Shown here one piece after another: positions 9,657-22,458 of a DNA stretch of 33,827 nt. Each line of letters begins with the position of its first letter. Within the stretch, counting starts at the first letter, position 1. A program made the position numbers and the translations under genes. Under the pieces are notes generated by a model. It had not been told where the DNA came from and did not search any database. It was given only the letters and a program-made list of their open reading frames with translations. Origin of the DNA: Methylophaga sp. (GTDB taxonomy: Bacteria; Pseudomonadota; Gammaproteobacteria; Nitrosococcales; Methylophagaceae); the NCBI GenBank assembly GCA_013139345.1, contig WTAY01000126.1:1-33827 (forward strand). Direction: 5' to 3'.

Positions 9657-10910
9657 TTAAAAATTCCCTTGGAACCAACTTTTCATCCGTGCAAGCATGT
9701 TCTTAAAATCACTATTTGTTTTTGTCTCACTTTGTCCGCCTAACTCCTCCTGATTTCCAAACAATAACAACCCAACTCCTGTCGCATGAATAGGATTGCG
9801 TACAACATCAACCAATCCACCAACATGTTGAGGTAACCCTAGTCGTACGGGTAAGTGGAATACTTCTTCTGCTAACTCAACCACACCTTCCATTTTTGAG
9901 CTGCCACCAGTTAAAACAATGCCGGCAGCAAGTAACTCTTCAAAGCCACTGCGTCTTAACTCTGCTTGAACTAGCATCAATAATTCTTCATAACGAGGCT
10001 CTACAACTTCTGCCAATGTTTGACGTGCAAGTTGGCGAGGAGGGCGATCACCCACGCTCGGAACTTCGATAGTTTCATCTTCTCGAGCTAATTGAGTTAA
10101 TGCGCAGGCATATTTAATTTTGATTTCATCAGCATGCTGTGTCGGTGTTCGAAGTGCCACGGCAATATCATTAGTAACTTGATCGCCTGCAATTGGAATG
10201 ACTGCTGTGTGGCGAATTGCACCATCAATAAATACAGCGATATCTGTTGTACCACCACCAATATCAATTAAACAGACCCCAAGCTCTTTTTCATCTTGCT
10301 CGAGTACAGAGTAACTGGATGCCATTTGCTCCAAAATGATGCCATCAACAGATAAGCCACAACGCTCAATACATTTAGAAATGTTCTGAGCGGCACTGAC
10401 TGCGCCAGTAACTAGATGGACCTTTGCTTCTAGGCGTACACCTGACATACCAATAGGTTCACGAATACCTTCTTGATTATCAATAATATATTCTTGAGGT
10501 AGAACATGTAGTAGCTGCTGATCACCAGGAAAGTGAACCGCTTTAGCCGCATCCAGAACACGTTCAACATCACCAGAAGTCACTTCTTTATCTCTAATTG
10601 CAACAGTGCCATGTGAATTTAAACTGCGAATATGACTGCCAGCAATGCCTGCATAAACAGAGTGGATTTGGCAGCCAGCCATGAGTTCAGCTTCTTCAAC
10701 AGCGCGTTGAATAGACTGTACTGTTGACTCGATATTAACCACGACACCTTTTTTCATGCCTCTTGCAGGATGAGAACCAATACCAATAATATCCAAGGCA
10801 TGATCTTGAGGGCCAGCATCTAAATTAGGTGCAGCGACAATAGCCACCACCTTTGATGTGCCAATATCCAATCCAACTATAAGTTCTCTTTCACTTCTTT
10901 TTGACATCAT
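9657..10910 (-). CDS. ftsA: Cell division protein FtsA (actin-like ATPase)
   Basis: DIGTSK and DIGGGTTD phosphate-binding motifs in a 417-aa protein. ATGA overlap with the ftsQ stop. Confidence 0.95.
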   Translation of the reverse strand: MMSKRSERELIVGLDIGTSKVVAIVAAPNLDAGPQDHALDIIGIGSHPARGMKKGVVVNIESTVQSIQRAVEEAELMAGCQIHSVYAGIAGSHIRSLNSHGTVAIRDKEVTSGDVERVLDAAKAVHFPGDQQLLHVLPQEYIIDNQEGIREPIGMSGVRLEAKVHLVTGAVSAAQNISKCIERCGLSVDGIILEQMASSYSVLEQDEKELGVCLIDIGGGTTDIAVFIDGAIRHTAVIPIAGDQVTNDIAVALRTPTQHADEIKIKYACALTQLAREDETIEVPSVGDRPPRQLARQTLAEVVEPRYEELLMLVQAELRRSGFEELLAAGIVLTGGSSKMEGVVELAEEVFHLPVRLGLPQHVGGLVDVVRNPIHATGVGLLLFGNQEELGGQSETKTNSDFKNMLARMKSWFQGNF

Positions 10911-11689
10911 ACCGTCCCATTAAAGTCAGGCTGCTTGCCTGATTTCCAAACTACCGACAAACCATTGGTATAACGCATATCCACCGTCTGGATTTGTGCT
11001 TGATAGCGCTGCAATCCTGCTTTATATACATTTACAAACCGTTCAAGACGCTGTTTATTATCACTACGCCCTAGCATTAACTGCATGCCATTTTTAAATT
11101 GAATAGACCATGCTCTTCTTTTATCCATTTGTAAGTGACTGACACTCAAACCAACACGATGAAAGTAGTTAACAATGCCGGCATATTGTTTAGTCATTAC
11201 TTCGCTTGTACCTTTGGGGCCAGTTAATTGGACCAGACCTTTAGGAAAGCTTTTCTTAGCTGGGAAAAAGAGCTCTCCATTAGTATTTACTAAAGCATGA
11301 ACACTCCACTGAGCAACGGCTTCCTGTTCTTCAACAACAAGATGCAAGGTATCTGGCCAGCTTCTTTTCACTTGAATGAGCTTGACCCAAGGCAATGCTT
11401 CTCCAGCCTCACGAAGTTTGGCGACATCGACATTAATGAAACTGCCAGTAACGTAAGGCGTAACCACTCGCACTAATTCATTTTTATTAGCATGCTCAAA
11501 CTTACCATCTACACTGACATGCAAAATCGGTAGGGTGTCTTCTTGCTGAAGCCATACACCGCCCACAATAAGACCAATAAATAGCGATATCACAACCATA
11601 TTACGCAACCATTGTTGCCATGCTAGTGGTTGACGTTGTTTACGCACTGGCTTGCGAGTTGCACCTTTAGAGCGGCGAGCTTTAACCAT
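10907..11689 (-). CDS. ftsQ: Cell division protein FtsQ
   Basis: Basic N-terminus, a single TM segment (VVISLFIGLIVGGVW), POTRA-like region, and the position between ddl and ftsA. Confidence 0.88.
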   Translation of the reverse strand: MVKARRSKGATRKPVRKQRQPLAWQQWLRNMVVISLFIGLIVGGVWLQQEDTLPILHVSVDGKFEHANKNELVRVVTPYVTGSFINVDVAKLREAGEALPWVKLIQVKRSWPDTLHLVVEEQEAVAQWSVHALVNTNGELFFPAKKSFPKGLVQLTGPKGTSEVMTKQYAGIVNYFHRVGLSVSHLQMDKRRAWSIQFKNGMQLMLGRSDNKQRLERFVNVYKAGLQRYQAQIQTVDMRYTNGLSVVWKSGKQPDFNGTV

Positions 11690-12623
11690 TGTCAGCGCCT
11701 CCCATACTTGTTTCTAAGATTGCCCAAACAAGTTGTTCAAAGTTTAAACCTGCTTGTTTAGCGGCCATTGGTACTAAGCTATGATCTGTCATGCCTGGAA
11801 TACTATTCGCTTCCAATAAATAAAACTGACCTGTTTTATCTCGCATAAAGTCAACGCGACCCCAACCCGACATTCTCAAGCCTTTAAAGGCCTGTAATGC
11901 AATCTGTTGGCAGTGTTCTTCATCTTGTTTACTTAAACCACAAGGGCATAAGTATTCAGTCGTATTTGACTGATATTTTGCTTCAAAGTCATAAAACTCA
12001 TGAGGCGTTTTAAGTTGAATAACGGGTAGGGCATGGTCATTAAGAATTGCAACCGTATATTCCTCACCATGAATCCACTGTTCAGCAATCACTTCGGCAT
12101 CAAACTCAGTCGCTAATGTAATTGCAGACTTTAGATCGTCAGCAGAATTCACTTTAGTCATGCCAATACTAGAGCCTTCATTCACAGGCTTAATGATGAT
12201 TGGAAGACCTAGTTTACTAACTAAGTATTCGATGTCGCTATCAGCGTTTACTAGCTCAAACTCTGCCGTTGGTAAACCTTGGTGTTGCCAAAGTTGCTTG
12301 CTCAAATTTTTATTCATAGACAAGACTGCGGCTGTCATATCACTGCCTGTGAAAGGCAGGTCTAATGATTGCAATACCGCTTGAATTTCTCCATCTTCAC
12401 CGCCTCGACCATGCAAAATGACAAAAGCACGATCAAAATGTCCTGTACGTAATTGCTCACTGACATCGACCCCGGCATCAATTTTATGGGCATCAATACC
12501 TTGCTTGAGCAGTGCATCCAATACAGCGTGACCACTTTTTAATGAAATCTCACGCTCAGCAGAACGTCCGCCCATTAACACGGCAACGCGGCCAAATTCT
12601 GATGCTGTTTTAATTAAGCTCAT
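11682..12623 (-). CDS. ddl: D-alanine--D-alanine ligase
   Basis: ATP-grasp enzyme of 313 aa with GGRSAEREISL, HGRGGEDG and EANSIPGMT motifs. Confidence 0.93.
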   Translation of the reverse strand: MSLIKTASEFGRVAVLMGGRSAEREISLKSGHAVLDALLKQGIDAHKIDAGVDVSEQLRTGHFDRAFVILHGRGGEDGEIQAVLQSLDLPFTGSDMTAAVLSMNKNLSKQLWQHQGLPTAEFELVNADSDIEYLVSKLGLPIIIKPVNEGSSIGMTKVNSADDLKSAITLATEFDAEVIAEQWIHGEEYTVAILNDHALPVIQLKTPHEFYDFEAKYQSNTTEYLCPCGLSKQDEEHCQQIALQAFKGLRMSGWGRVDFMRDKTGQFYLLEANSIPGMTDHSLVPMAAKQAGLNFEQLVWAILETSMGGADNG

Positions 12624-13504
12624 CAGGCTACCTCACCTATAATATGAACTTCAGGTATCAATAACACACCTTCTTCTTGCTCAATTTTTTGTTGTACAAG
12701 CTGAATCAATGCCTCAATGTCTGAGGCTAATGCAGTGCCATCACTAACAATAAAGTTGGCATGTTTTTCTGATACTGATGCGCCACCGATTCGAAGCCCT
12801 TTTAAACCACATTTTTCTATTAACCTTCCTGAAAAGTCGCCTTCTGGATTTCTAAATACCGAACCTGCACAAGGCTGATTGGTAGGTTGGCTACTATTTC
12901 GTCGTTTTAAAAGATCTTTAATTTGCTGTGTTTCATCATCAGTGTTGCCCACTTCAAGTTTTAACTTAGCAGAGGCAAACCATTCATCATTAGGGATTTC
13001 AACATGGCGATAACTCACTTTGAAGTCATCAGGCTGGCGTACTCTCAATCTGCCTTGACGATCAACGGTTGTTACTTCTGTCACTAATGGCCATGTTTCA
13101 CTTTTATGAGCACCTGCATTCATAGCAAGTGCACCACCAAAAGTACCAGGAATTCCAGCTAAGAAAGCACTACCTGTTAGGCCTGAACGTGCAGCAAGCT
13201 TAGCAAGTTTTCCACAGTAAACACCCACCTCAGCAGTTACTTCTTGTCCATTGATCTCTACATTTTGCAGTGTGCCTGAGGTAGAGATAACCGTGCCTGC
13301 AAAACCGCCATCACGAATTAATAAATTACTTCCTAAACCTAACCATAACAAAGGTTCATCAGCAGGTAGTTGAGATAAAAATAGTGCTAAGTCTTCAACA
13401 TCGCTAGGGCGATAGAAACGTTGTGCAATACCGCCTACACGCCATGATGTATGTTTAGATAAGGCTTCATTTAGCTTTAATTCACCTTGTAGGTTTTCAA
13501 ACAT
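12623..13504 (-). CDS. murB: UDP-N-acetylenolpyruvoylglucosamine reductase MurB (short form)
   Basis: [11 protein letters not shown]-binding N-terminus, [12 protein letters not shown]. At 293 aa it is clearly shorter than the ~340-aa E. coli type. Confidence 0.92.
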   Translation of the reverse strand: MFENLQGELKLNEALSKHTSWRVGGIAQRFYRPSDVEDLALFLSQLPADEPLLWLGLGSNLLIRDGGFAGTVISTSGTLQNVEINGQEVTAEVGVYCGKLAKLAARSGLTGSAFLAGIPGTFGGALAMNAGAHKSETWPLVTEVTTVDRQGRLRVRQPDDFKVSYRHVEIPNDEWFASAKLKLEVGNTDDETQQIKDLLKRRNSSQPTNQPCAGSVFRNPEGDFSGRLIEKCGLKGLRIGGASVSEKHANFIVSDGTALASDIEALIQLVQQKIEQEEGVLLIPEVHIIGEVA

Positions 13505-14921
13505 TTTCAGACCCTCCTAATTGCGTAGGAAGTTCACGGGCAACACTACCAATATCGCCTGCACCCAATGTTAGAACGACATCACCATCACACAATACAG
13601 TGGGTAATACGTCAAACAGAGCATGTTTATTTTCAACAAAGATGGGTTCAACTTGTCCTCGCAAACGAATTGCTCGGCATAAGCTTTTTGCATCAGCCCC
13701 AGCAATTTTACTTTCGCCTGCTGGGTAGACTTCCATCACAACAAGTACATCAATGGAAGATAATACTTGGGCAAAATCCTCAAATAAATCACGAGTACGC
13801 GTGTATCTATGTGGTTGAAATATCACGACCAAGCGATTATCAGACCAACCAGCACGAAGCGCATCAAGTGTGGCGGCTATTTCTGTAGGGTGATGACCGT
13901 AATCATCTATAAGTTCAGCTTTACCGTGTTCAAGAGCAATGTCGCCTAGTAGATTAAAGCGTCGATTAACACCTGAGAATGTTGCTAATGCGCGTTGGCA
14001 GGCTTCAACTGATACGCCAAGGTTTCTAGCAACAGCCAAGCCTGCGGTTGCATTGAGTGCGTTATGCAAACCGGGCATATTTAAGGTGATAGGGAATGTC
14101 TGCCCTGACTTTTTCTCAATCACATTAAAATGACTTTGACCTTGCTGTTGATTCAAATCAACGAGTTGGAAGTCAGCCTCATCATCTGTTCCATAGCTTA
14201 GAACAGGACGAATTACATCGTTTAGCAATTCTCGAACAACAGGATCATCAATACACATCACTGCTAAACCATAAAAGGGTAGGTGATGTAAAAATTCAAT
14301 AAAGGTTGCTTTTAGCTTTTCAAAGTCATTGTCATAGGTTGCCATATGATCTTCATCAATATTAGTGACTACCGAGATCATAGGTTGTAGGTATAAGAAT
14401 GACGCATCACTTTCATCAGCTTCGGCTACTAAATAGCGGCCACTACCGAGTTTAGCATTACTACCTGCACTATTTAATCGTCCGCCAATTACAAAGGTAG
14501 GATCTAACTCACCTTCACTGAGTAATGCTGCCACTAAGCTGGTGGTCGTTGTTTTACCATGTGTTCCAGCAATGGCTATACCGTAACTAAAACGCATTAA
14601 TTCTGCTAGCATCTCAGCACGCGGCACAACCGGAATACGTTGTTCTCTTGCTGCTTGCAATTCAATATTATCTTCACTGACTGCGGTTGTGACCACAACA
14701 ACATCAGCGCCCACTAGATAAGCAGGATCGTGGCCAATCATGACTGTGGCACCTAATTCACGTAAGTGTTCAATCAAGGCATTATTTGCTAAATCAGAGC
14801 CTGAAACTTGATAGCCTAAGTTTAATAATACTTCAGCAATTCCGCCCATACCTACACCACCGATACCGATGAAGTGTATGTGTTTAACTCGACTTTGCAT
14901 TGCAGATGTTAATTTATCCAT
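13497..14921 (-). CDS. murC: UDP-N-acetylmuramate--L-alanine ligase MurC
   Basis: [13 protein letters not shown] and GTHGKTTT motifs. The start is set at the ATG at 14921 (MDKLTS), with GGAGG 7 nt upstream and an ATGGATAA overlap with the murG stop. The ORF-track start at 14948 lies inside murG. Confidence 0.93.
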   Translation of the reverse strand: MDKLTSAMQSRVKHIHFIGIGGVGMGGIAEVLLNLGYQVSGSDLANNALIEHLRELGATVMIGHDPAYLVGADVVVVTTAVSEDNIELQAAREQRIPVVPRAEMLAELMRFSYGIAIAGTHGKTTTTSLVAALLSEGELDPTFVIGGRLNSAGSNAKLGSGRYLVAEADESDASFLYLQPMISVVTNIDEDHMATYDNDFEKLKATFIEFLHHLPFYGLAVMCIDDPVVRELLNDVIRPVLSYGTDDEADFQLVDLNQQQGQSHFNVIEKKSGQTFPITLNMPGLHNALNATAGLAVARNLGVSVEACQRALATFSGVNRRFNLLGDIALEHGKAELIDDYGHHPTEIAATLDALRAGWSDNRLVVIFQPHRYTRTRDLFEDFAQVLSSIDVLVVMEVYPAGESKIAGADAKSLCRAIRLRGQVEPIFVENKHALFDVLPTVLCDGDVVLTLGAGDIGSVARELPTQLGGSENV

Positions 14922-15987
14922 GAGCCACCTCCAAGCAGATATTCGCAACTTGTGTTGCTGTACCTATCTTTGCTTGCTTACGTGCACGTATTGCCATATC
15001 TAAAAGTAAGCTTCTATCGCTTACTAACTGATTTATTTCAGCAGCAAAAGAATCGACAGTTAAGTCGCGTTCTTGTACCAATCTTGCAGCGCCAGCATCA
15101 ACTAATGCTGTTGCATTATGTGTTTGATGATCATCAACAGCATAAGGATAAGGAATAAATAATGCTGCAACACCCGTAGCTGAAATTTCAGCAACAGTGA
15201 GCGCGCCAGCACGACAAATCACTAAGTCTGCCCATGCATAAGCCTCTGCCATATCATCAATAAAGGCGGTGACTTCAGCGCTTACAGCAGATTCTTTGTA
15301 ATTCTTCTGACAATCATCTAAGTGACGAACACCACACTGATGTTTAATTTCTATCTCTGACTTAATTTGAGCAAACGCATTAGGTAATACGGTATTGAGT
15401 GATTTGGCTCCTAAGCTACCACCAAGCACTAACACTCGAACAGAACCTGACCGTTCAGATAAACGAACTTTTGGTTCATCTAAAGACTCAATTGTTGTTC
15501 TAACAGGATTGCCAACCCATTCTGCATGTCGAGATTTAGCAAAACTATTTGGAAAGCCTTGTAAAACACGTCGAGCAACGAAAGAGAGTAATCGATTTGT
15601 TAATCCTGGAATAGCATTTTGCTCATGAATAACAACAGGTTTAGCTAATAAACGTGCTGCAACACCACCGGGGCCAGATGCAAAACCACCCAATCCAAGA
15701 ACAACGTCAGGTTGAATCTTTCTAATTGCTGACACTGCTTCAGACACTGCTTTTAGTAACTTAAAGGGAGCTAATAACCAACCTAGTATTCCATTTCCTC
15801 GTAGACCTTGGACAGAAATGTAATTAATAGGGTATCCAGCAGTGGGTACTAACTTCGCTTCTATACCTTTTTTAGTTCCCATCCAGAACACGTCACATTG
15901 TCGAGAATGTAATTCATCCGCTACAGCTAATGCAGGGAAAACATGGCCACCCGTGCCGCCTGCCATAATAAGTATGCGAGTTGTCAT
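14914..15987 (-). CDS. murG: Lipid II synthase (UDP-GlcNAc transferase) MurG
   Basis: [15 protein letters not shown]-terminal motif in a 357-aa protein. ATGA overlap with the ftsW stop. Confidence 0.95.
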   Translation of the reverse strand: MTTRILIMAGGTGGHVFPALAVADELHSRQCDVFWMGTKKGIEAKLVPTAGYPINYISVQGLRGNGILGWLLAPFKLLKAVSEAVSAIRKIQPDVVLGLGGFASGPGGVAARLLAKPVVIHEQNAIPGLTNRLLSFVARRVLQGFPNSFAKSRHAEWVGNPVRTTIESLDEPKVRLSERSGSVRVLVLGGSLGAKSLNTVLPNAFAQIKSEIEIKHQCGVRHLDDCQKNYKESAVSAEVTAFIDDMAEAYAWADLVICRAGALTVAEISATGVAALFIPYPYAVDDHQTHNATALVDAGAARLVQERDLTVDSFAAEINQLVSDRSLLLDMAIRARKQAKIGTATQVANICLEVAHG

Positions 15988-17123
15988 CGTTTGACCCTCG
16001 CTGCTGCTTTTTCAGGGTAACGGGTTTCTAAATCTACTCGAAGCAATAAAGCAATGGCAACACACACAATCACGAGGCTACTACCGCCATAACTCATCAG
16101 TGGTAAAGTTAAACCTTTGGTTGGTAATGCCCCCATATTCACACCCATATTGATGCAAGCTTGTAGGCCTAACCAAATACCAATGCCATAAGCAACTTGT
16201 GAAGCAAATATTTTCCCAGCTAATTCGGCTGCACGTCCAATGGCAAGGGCTCTCCAAATAAATACTAGGAATAAAACAATGACGCTCATTGCTCCTATCA
16301 AGCCTAATTCTTCAGCCAAAATCGAATATACGAAGTCTGTATGTGCTTCAGGTAAATAGTCTAGCTTTTGCATACTGCTACCCAAACCAACACCAAGCCA
16401 GTCGCCACGACCAAATGCCATTAATGCGTTGGTTAATTGGTAGCCTTTTATAAAAGGGTCATCCCATGGATTCAGAAAGTTTTGTAAGCGGTCCATTCGA
16501 TAGGACGCAATATTAACTAATGCAATAAAACCACTTACAGCGATAGCAATTAAGGTCGCAAATACATCTAAACGAGCGCCACCTAAAAATAGCATTGCCA
16601 ATACTGTGGCGAAGATAACCACAACAGAGCCCATATCAGGTTGAAGTAATAGTAAGAATGATGCGAGAACTAATAACGCTAAAGGTGCTGCTATTTTGAA
16701 GAAAGATCCTTTTAGCTGCCCATGATGCCGTTGTAAGTAATCTGCAATGTAGATTATTGAGAACAGTTTAATGAACTCAGCGACTTGGATATTGATAGGC
16801 CCTAGCGGCAACCAGCGTCGACTTCCTTTAACTGCATGACCAATACCTGGGATAAGGACGAGTGCTAATAAGATGATGCCGAGCATTAATAGTACAGGGG
16901 CATTATTCTGCCAAAATGATAAACGCTGTGAAATGGCAGCATATCCAATCACCAAACTAATACCGGCATAGATAACTTGGCGGTTAAAGTAATGTAATGG
17001 ATTGTCAAAATTAGTTGCAGCTGTACTGATTGATGCAGAACCAACCATGACTAAACCTAAGGTCAAAATAGTAGCAACAACAAAGAGTATTGTTCTATCA
17101 AATGTTATAGGAGTATCAGTCAT
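15984..17123 (-). CDS. ftsW: SEDS-family peptidoglycan glycosyltransferase FtsW
   Basis: Polytopic membrane protein of 379 aa with SRRWLPLGPINIQVAEFIK and TDFVYSILAEELG motifs, in the canonical murD-ftsW-murG position. Confidence 0.93.
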   Translation of the reverse strand: MTDTPITFDRTILFVVATILTLGLVMVGSASISTAATNFDNPLHYFNRQVIYAGISLVIGYAAISQRLSFWQNNAPVLLMLGIILLALVLIPGIGHAVKGSRRWLPLGPINIQVAEFIKLFSIIYIADYLQRHHGQLKGSFFKIAAPLALLVLASFLLLLQPDMGSVVVIFATVLAMLFLGGARLDVFATLIAIAVSGFIALVNIASYRMDRLQNFLNPWDDPFIKGYQLTNALMAFGRGDWLGVGLGSSMQKLDYLPEAHTDFVYSILAEELGLIGAMSVIVLFLVFIWRALAIGRAAELAGKIFASQVAYGIGIWLGLQACINMGVNMGALPTKGLTLPLMSYGGSSLVIVCVAIALLLRVDLETRYPEKAAARVKR

Positions 17124-18477
17124 TGAGGCTCTCCTTTACACATGTTTCAAACACATCACCACGTTCAGCATAGCCGCTGAACATATCAAAGCTTGCACAG
17201 GCAGGGGAGAGCAGTACATTTTCTCCGTGTTTTACAATCTCATTCGCTTTAGTAACGGCATCCTGCATATTACTTACATGATGTGTTGTGATATGACGAG
17301 GAACAGCATGTGCAATTAATGCAGCATCTTGTCCAAGTACAATTACAGATACAACATGCTCATTGATTACCGTTGTTAATTCTGAGAAATTTTGTTCCTT
17401 ACCAATACCGCCTGCAATTAAGACAATTTTTCCACAGCTCGCCAAACCTTCTATTGCAGCAATACATGCACCGACATTAGTTGCTTTTGAGTCATTAAAC
17501 CAACGAATACCCTTATTCTCAGCGACTAAATGACAGCGATGAGCTAAGCCTGAATAGTGCTGTAATGCACGTAACATTGCAGGCATCGGTAATGCCATTG
17601 CTGACCCCAATGCTAAGGCTGCTAATGCGTTGGCGACATTATGTTGGCCCATTATTTTCAGACTATCTGTTGAGAGTAAAGGCTCACTTCCTTCAGCTAG
17701 CCATTCAGAACCATTATGTGGAATGACACCGAAGTCTACACCTTGACTGGCATGTAAACTAAAGCCAATGATATTGCGCTTAGCATCAGAAAACTGACTC
17801 ACCGTTTCATCATCACGGTTAATTACCATCACGCCATCACCAGCAAAGATCTGTTTTTTAGCTAATTGATATGCTTGCTCACTATCATAACGATCTAAAT
17901 GATCGGGGCTAATATTCAAAATGGTTGCAGCAAATGCATTCATTGACTTCACTGTTTCCAATTGGAAACTTGATAGTTCAACAATATAGAAATCAGGGGC
18001 AGGCTCAATAATTAAGTCTAATGACGGTGTACCTAGATTGCCACCGACTTTGATATCTTTACCTGATTCAATAGCCATTTCCGCTAATAAGGTGGTGACA
18101 GTACTTTTTCCGTTCGACCCTGTAATGGCGACTATAGGCGCATTTGCATAACGAGCAAACAATTCAACATCGCCTACAATTTCGATACCTGCTTGTTGGG
18201 CTGCAACAATTTCTTGTGTACGAGGGTCAACACCAGGACTTAATACAATCATATCTGCCTGTTGCATTAGATGGCTATCTAAGCCACCTGTTTTTACCAG
18301 TACTTCAGGGTATTCTGTTTGTAATATCGCTAAACTTGGTGGTTGTTCACGCGTATCCATAATGGCTACATCAAAGCCTTGCTGCACTAAAAAGCGCGCG
18401 CACGACAAGCCTGTTTGGCCTAAGCCAATAATCAGGATTGAATGTGCTTGTTCAGCTTGGGTAGCCAATGTATTCAT
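17116..18477 (-). CDS. murD: UDP-N-acetylmuramoylalanine--D-glutamate ligase MurD
   Basis: GLGQTG Rossmann N-terminus and the GSNGKST P-loop. The start is moved to the ATG at 18477 (MNTLATQ), which forms an ATGA overlap with the mraY stop. The ORF-track start at 18531 lies inside mraY. Confidence 0.93.
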   Translation of the reverse strand: MNTLATQAEQAHSILIIGLGQTGLSCARFLVQQGFDVAIMDTREQPPSLAILQTEYPEVLVKTGGLDSHLMQQADMIVLSPGVDPRTQEIVAAQQAGIEIVGDVELFARYANAPIVAITGSNGKSTVTTLLAEMAIESGKDIKVGGNLGTPSLDLIIEPAPDFYIVELSSFQLETVKSMNAFAATILNISPDHLDRYDSEQAYQLAKKQIFAGDGVMVINRDDETVSQFSDAKRNIIGFSLHASQGVDFGVIPHNGSEWLAEGSEPLLSTDSLKIMGQHNVANALAALALGSAMALPMPAMLRALQHYSGLAHRCHLVAENKGIRWFNDSKATNVGACIAAIEGLASCGKIVLIAGGIGKEQNFSELTTVINEHVVSVIVLGQDAALIAHAVPRHITTHHVSNMQDAVTKANEIVKHGENVLLSPACASFDMFSGYAERGDVFETCVKESLND

Positions 18478-19556
18478 CGGATTTTGAGACTCGCTAAACC
18501 AACTAACACTAGAAACACTGTAATGATCCAAGCTCTCACAATAATGCGAGGCTCAGGCCAGCCTTTTAATTCGTAATGATGGTGGATTGGTGCCATCAAA
18601 AACACGCGCTTTCCACGTAATTTGTATGAAGCTACTTGTAATACAACAGATAAGGTTTCGACAACAAAGACACCACCCATGATCAACAATACTAATTCTT
18701 GTCTGACTAATACCGCCACAATACCAAGAGCTGCACCTAATGCTAATGCACCGATATCACCCATAAATACTTGGGCTGGATACGTGTTAAACCATAAGAA
18801 GCCAAGTCCTGCACCGACCATCGTGGCACAAAATACGGTTAATTCACCGGCACCGGGAATAAAGGGAATAGAAAGATAACGAGCAAATTCATAATGGCCT
18901 GTGACATAACTAAATAGGCCTAATGCTCCAGCAACCATTACTGTTGGCATAATAGCTAAACCGTCTAAACCATCGGTTAGATTGACGGCATTACTCGTAC
19001 CGACAATGACAAGGTATGTCAGTAACATATACCACGCACCCAACGGAATTATTATGTCTTTAAAGAATGGAATAATCAGCTGTGTTTCAGCCGGAGTTGC
19101 TGCTGTCTGATAAAGCAATATTGCCGCCGTAGCACCAACCACAGATTGCCAAAAGTATTTATAACGACTGAGAAGTCCCTTTGTATCTTGGCGTACAAGT
19201 TTAATGTAATCATCAACAAAACCAATCACGCCAAAGCCCATTGTTACAGCTAAAACAATCCATACATATTTATTACTCAAATCAGCCCAGAGTAAGGTAC
19301 TCACTGCAATAGCAACGAGGATAAGTGCACCGCCCATTGTTGGCGTGCCTGCTTTGCTCAAGTGTGATTCAGGTCCATCATCACGAATCACTTGACCGAT
19401 TTGTTTAAAACTTAAATGACGAATCATTGTTGGGCCAACAATTAAAGCGATACCTAAGGCAGTAATGACACCTAGAATTGATCGTAATGTCAGATATTGG
19501 AAAACATTAAATCCACTATGGAACTGACTCAAATAGTCACTTAACATTAATAGCAT
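18474..19556 (-). CDS. mraY: Phospho-N-acetylmuramoyl-pentapeptide transferase MraY
   Basis: [13 protein letters not shown] and APIHHH motifs in a 360-aa polytopic membrane protein. Confidence 0.96.
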   Translation of the reverse strand: MLLMLSDYLSQFHSGFNVFQYLTLRSILGVITALGIALIVGPTMIRHLSFKQIGQVIRDDGPESHLSKAGTPTMGGALILVAIAVSTLLWADLSNKYVWIVLAVTMGFGVIGFVDDYIKLVRQDTKGLLSRYKYFWQSVVGATAAILLYQTAATPAETQLIIPFFKDIIIPLGAWYMLLTYLVIVGTSNAVNLTDGLDGLAIMPTVMVAGALGLFSYVTGHYEFARYLSIPFIPGAGELTVFCATMVGAGLGFLWFNTYPAQVFMGDIGALALGAALGIVAVLVRQELVLLIMGGVFVVETLSVVLQVASYKLRGKRVFLMAPIHHHYELKGWPEPRIIVRAWIITVFLVLVGLASLKIR

Positions 19557-20911
19557 TAGTCTTCTCCGCCTTCAGCTAGCACATCAGCCAGCTTATCTAA
19601 TTGCATAAAACGTGAACCTTTAATCAAGCAAATATCATCACTTGAAAGCTCACCTTTAAGCGTATTTGTAAGTGTTTCAATCGTATGAAAATGCTCGGCA
19701 CCAGTTCCATATGCTTTACTTGCTTCTTCGCTTTCTTCTCCGATTGTCCATAATTTTTGAATACCTGCTTTCTTAGCATCAATACCCATTTGACGATGTA
19801 ATTGCTTACTTTCAGGACCTAATTCACCAAAGTCACCAAGTACCAAACAGTGTTTTCCTGAAAATGCCGATAAAGTGGCTAAGGCTGGTGTGTATGAGCC
19901 TGGGTTAGCGTTATAACTATCATCAAGTAATTGTGATTGATTAACACCAGCACGTAATTGCAATCTATGAGGCACACTCGATACAGCTGCTAAACCTTTA
20001 ACAATTGCTGACGCAGGCACATTCATCGCACTGGTTACAGCAATTGCTGCAAGTGCATTTGCCACATTATGTTTGCCCGGAAGCGGTAGGTTTATATAAT
20101 CAAACTCACCATCCAACTCAACCATAAAGTGACTTGATGTTGTATCTATTTGAAGATCTTGTGCTGTAATATCGGCATCACACTCTAATGCAAAACTACG
20201 CACTTTTTTACCTTCCAGTACGGATGTCCATGCATCCACAAAATCCATATCGGCATTAAGAACACCGACACCACCATCAAGTAAGCCTAAGAATATCTCA
20301 GCTTTAGCTTTGGCAACACCCATTAAATCGCCAAAACCTTCTAAGTGAGCTGGGGCAACATTATTAATAACAGAAAACTGTGGCGGTGCTATATCAACTA
20401 AACGAGAAATATCACCTCGGTGACTTGCTCCCATCTCGATGACTGCATAATCAGTAGAAGGCGATACATTCATTAATGTCATAGGCACGCCTAAGTCATT
20501 GTTTAAATTTCCTTGCGTTGCAACAACAGAACCACACTGGCGAAGAATAGATGCGATCATTTCCTTAACCGTTGTTTTACCATTACTGCCTGTGACAGCA
20601 ATAACCGTTGTTTGGCATTGTTGTAACCAGTATTTCGCTACTTCACCAAACGCGGTAGTGACATCAGCAACAAGAAGTTGAGGTAGTTCATCATCTTGTA
20701 ATTTTGAGACGAGTGCCGCAGTTGCACCAGCTTGTCTGGCTGCCGCAAGATAATCATGACCATCAACATGCTCACCATCAAGCGCCACAAACAAACAGCC
20801 TAGGAATGCGTTACGGCTATCAATAACGGCTCCCGTTATTTCACCATCCTTTATAGGAGGTTGGCACGCTAATAGTGTTGCAAGTTGTGATAAACGTAAT
20901 TGCGTAGTCAT
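19556..20911 (-). CDS. murF: UDP-MurNAc-tripeptide--D-Ala-D-Ala ligase MurF
   Basis: GSNGKTT P-loop and Mur-ligase central and C-terminal domains. TAATG overlap with mraY. Confidence 0.93.
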   Translation of the reverse strand: MTTQLRLSQLATLLACQPPIKDGEITGAVIDSRNAFLGCLFVALDGEHVDGHDYLAAARQAGATAALVSKLQDDELPQLLVADVTTAFGEVAKYWLQQCQTTVIAVTGSNGKTTVKEMIASILRQCGSVVATQGNLNNDLGVPMTLMNVSPSTDYAVIEMGASHRGDISRLVDIAPPQFSVINNVAPAHLEGFGDLMGVAKAKAEIFLGLLDGGVGVLNADMDFVDAWTSVLEGKKVRSFALECDADITAQDLQIDTTSSHFMVELDGEFDYINLPLPGKHNVANALAAIAVTSAMNVPASAIVKGLAAVSSVPHRLQLRAGVNQSQLLDDSYNANPGSYTPALATLSAFSGKHCLVLGDFGELGPESKQLHRQMGIDAKKAGIQKLWTIGEESEEASKAYGTGAEHFHTIETLTNTLKGELSSDDICLIKGSRFMQLDKLADVLAEGGED

Positions 20912-22458
20912 GCGAGATCACCTGTTGAAAATGGCATATCATCATTTGCAGCCAATAAGATCTCTTCAGCAATCTGACGATCACTAAATGCGTATTTGAC
21001 GCCTTTTATTTCTTGATATTCTTCATGGCCTTTTCCAGCAATCAATACGATATCTGTTGCAGAGGCATGGCTAATAGCATGTGCGATAGCCAGTTTACGA
21101 TCAGCTTCAACAATGACAGCTTCAGGGTGAGCCATTCCTGACAATATATTTTTTACGATAACGGCTGAATCTTCACTGCGTGGGTTATCATCGGTGACCA
21201 CAATTTTATCGGCATAGTGTTCGGCGGCTTTACCCATCTCGGCACGTTTACCAATATCACGATCGCCACCACAACCAAAGACACACCATAAATCGCCATT
21301 GGCAGAAATATGAGCGTGTAACGAGGTTAATGCTTGTGTCAGAGCATCTGGCGTATGTGCAAAATCAATCACAACCTGAGCCTGATCTTTGCCGGTAATA
21401 CGCTGCATTCTTCCATTAACTGAGTGACAGTGTGCAAGTGCTGAAATAGCATCGTCATATGAAATATCAACAGCGATTAAACAGGCTAATGCTGTTAATA
21501 AATTATCAATATTGAATTCGCCAATTAAAGCCGTTTGAATATGAGCACTTCCAAACTTGCTGTGTACGGTGAAGTTCATACCTTCACTTGTCATTTGAAC
21601 AGCGTTAGCCTGAAAAGAGGCCTTCTCACTATCAGCATGAGCATAGCTTAGTATTCCAATATTATCGCGCTGTTCTAATGCTTTAATCAGTGATTGCCCT
21701 AAGCTATCACAACTATTTAGTACAGCCGTTTTCACACTAGAGAAATCAAATAAGCGACTTTTTGCAGCAGAGTAGCCCTGCATATCACCATGATAATCGA
21801 GGTGATCACGACTTAAATTAGTCAAAGCGGCGACATCAATCGTAATACTATTTAAACGACCTTGATCTAAAGCGTGTGATGATGCTTCAATCACCGCATA
21901 TTTAATGTCTTGCTGACAAAAATCAGCCAGTATCCGTTGCATAGATACAGGATCAGGTGTTGTCATTCCTGTATATCGTAAGTTACCAATACGACCAATA
22001 CCTAATGTGCCAATCACACCACAAGAATGACCCAATGACTCAAGCCCTTGAGCAATAAACTGACTTACGGATGTTTTACCATTTGTTCCTGTTATTGCAA
22101 TAATAGTGAGTGCAAGAGAAGGGTGACCATAAAATCGTGCTGCAATTTCACCTGCTTTATCAGCCAAGTTTTTAACTGAATGACAGCTTACCTTCGCTTG
22201 GCTTAAAAGCTCATTTTCTTGCGGTGTTAGTGTCTGCTTAGCATCAACTAAAATAACACTGCTCTTCGCAGTAAGTGCTTGCTTTAAATTGTGTTCACGT
22301 TGAACATCATTTTTAGCTAAGGATAAAAATACATTACCCGCGTTGATTTCACGACTATCTAAACTAATGCCGGTTACAGTGATATCAGCTAAACCAGAAG
22401 GATCAGCCAACATACCTGCTAAGAGCATCGGCAAAGAATGATTATGTGTAATCATCAT
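20908..22458 (-). CDS. murE: UDP-MurNAc-L-Ala-D-Glu--2,6-diaminopimelate ligase MurE
   Basis: GTNGKTS P-loop and the DNPR motif (TDDNPRSE) associated with meso-DAP-adding MurE enzymes. Confidence 0.93.
   Translation of the reverse strand: MMITHNHSLPMLLAGMLADPSGLADITVTGISLDSREINAGNVFLSLAKNDVQREHNLKQALTAKSSVILVDAKQTLTPQENELLSQAKVSCHSVKNLADKAGEIAARFYGHPSLALTIIAITGTNGKTSVSQFIAQGLESLGHSCGVIGTLGIGRIGNLRYTGMTTPDPVSMQRILADFCQQDIKYAVIEASSHALDQGRLNSITIDVAALTNLSRDHLDYHGDMQGYSAAKSRLFDFSSVKTAVLNSCDSLGQSLIKALEQRDNIGILSYAHADSEKASFQANAVQMTSEGMNFTVHSKFGSAHIQTALIGEFNIDNLLTALACLIAVDISYDDAISALAHCHSVNGRMQRITGKDQAQVVIDFAHTPDALTQALTSLHAHISANGDLWCVFGCGGDRDIGKRAEMGKAAEHYADKIVVTDDNPRSEDSAVIVKNILSGMAHPEAVIVEADRKLAIAHAISHASATDIVLIAGKGHEEYQEIKGVKYAFSDRQIAEEILLAANDDMPFSTGDLA

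Noticed and set aside
18478-18531. N-terminal extensions in the ORF track for murD (to 18531), murC (to 14948), ftsZ (to 9626), deaD (to 30413, a TTG) and the M23 peptidase (GTG at 6979).
   Set aside because: The extensions run into the upstream gene or lack a ribosome-binding site. The downstream ATGs have good Shine-Dalgarno sequences or ATGA-type coupling, and they reproduce the N-termini of known orthologs.
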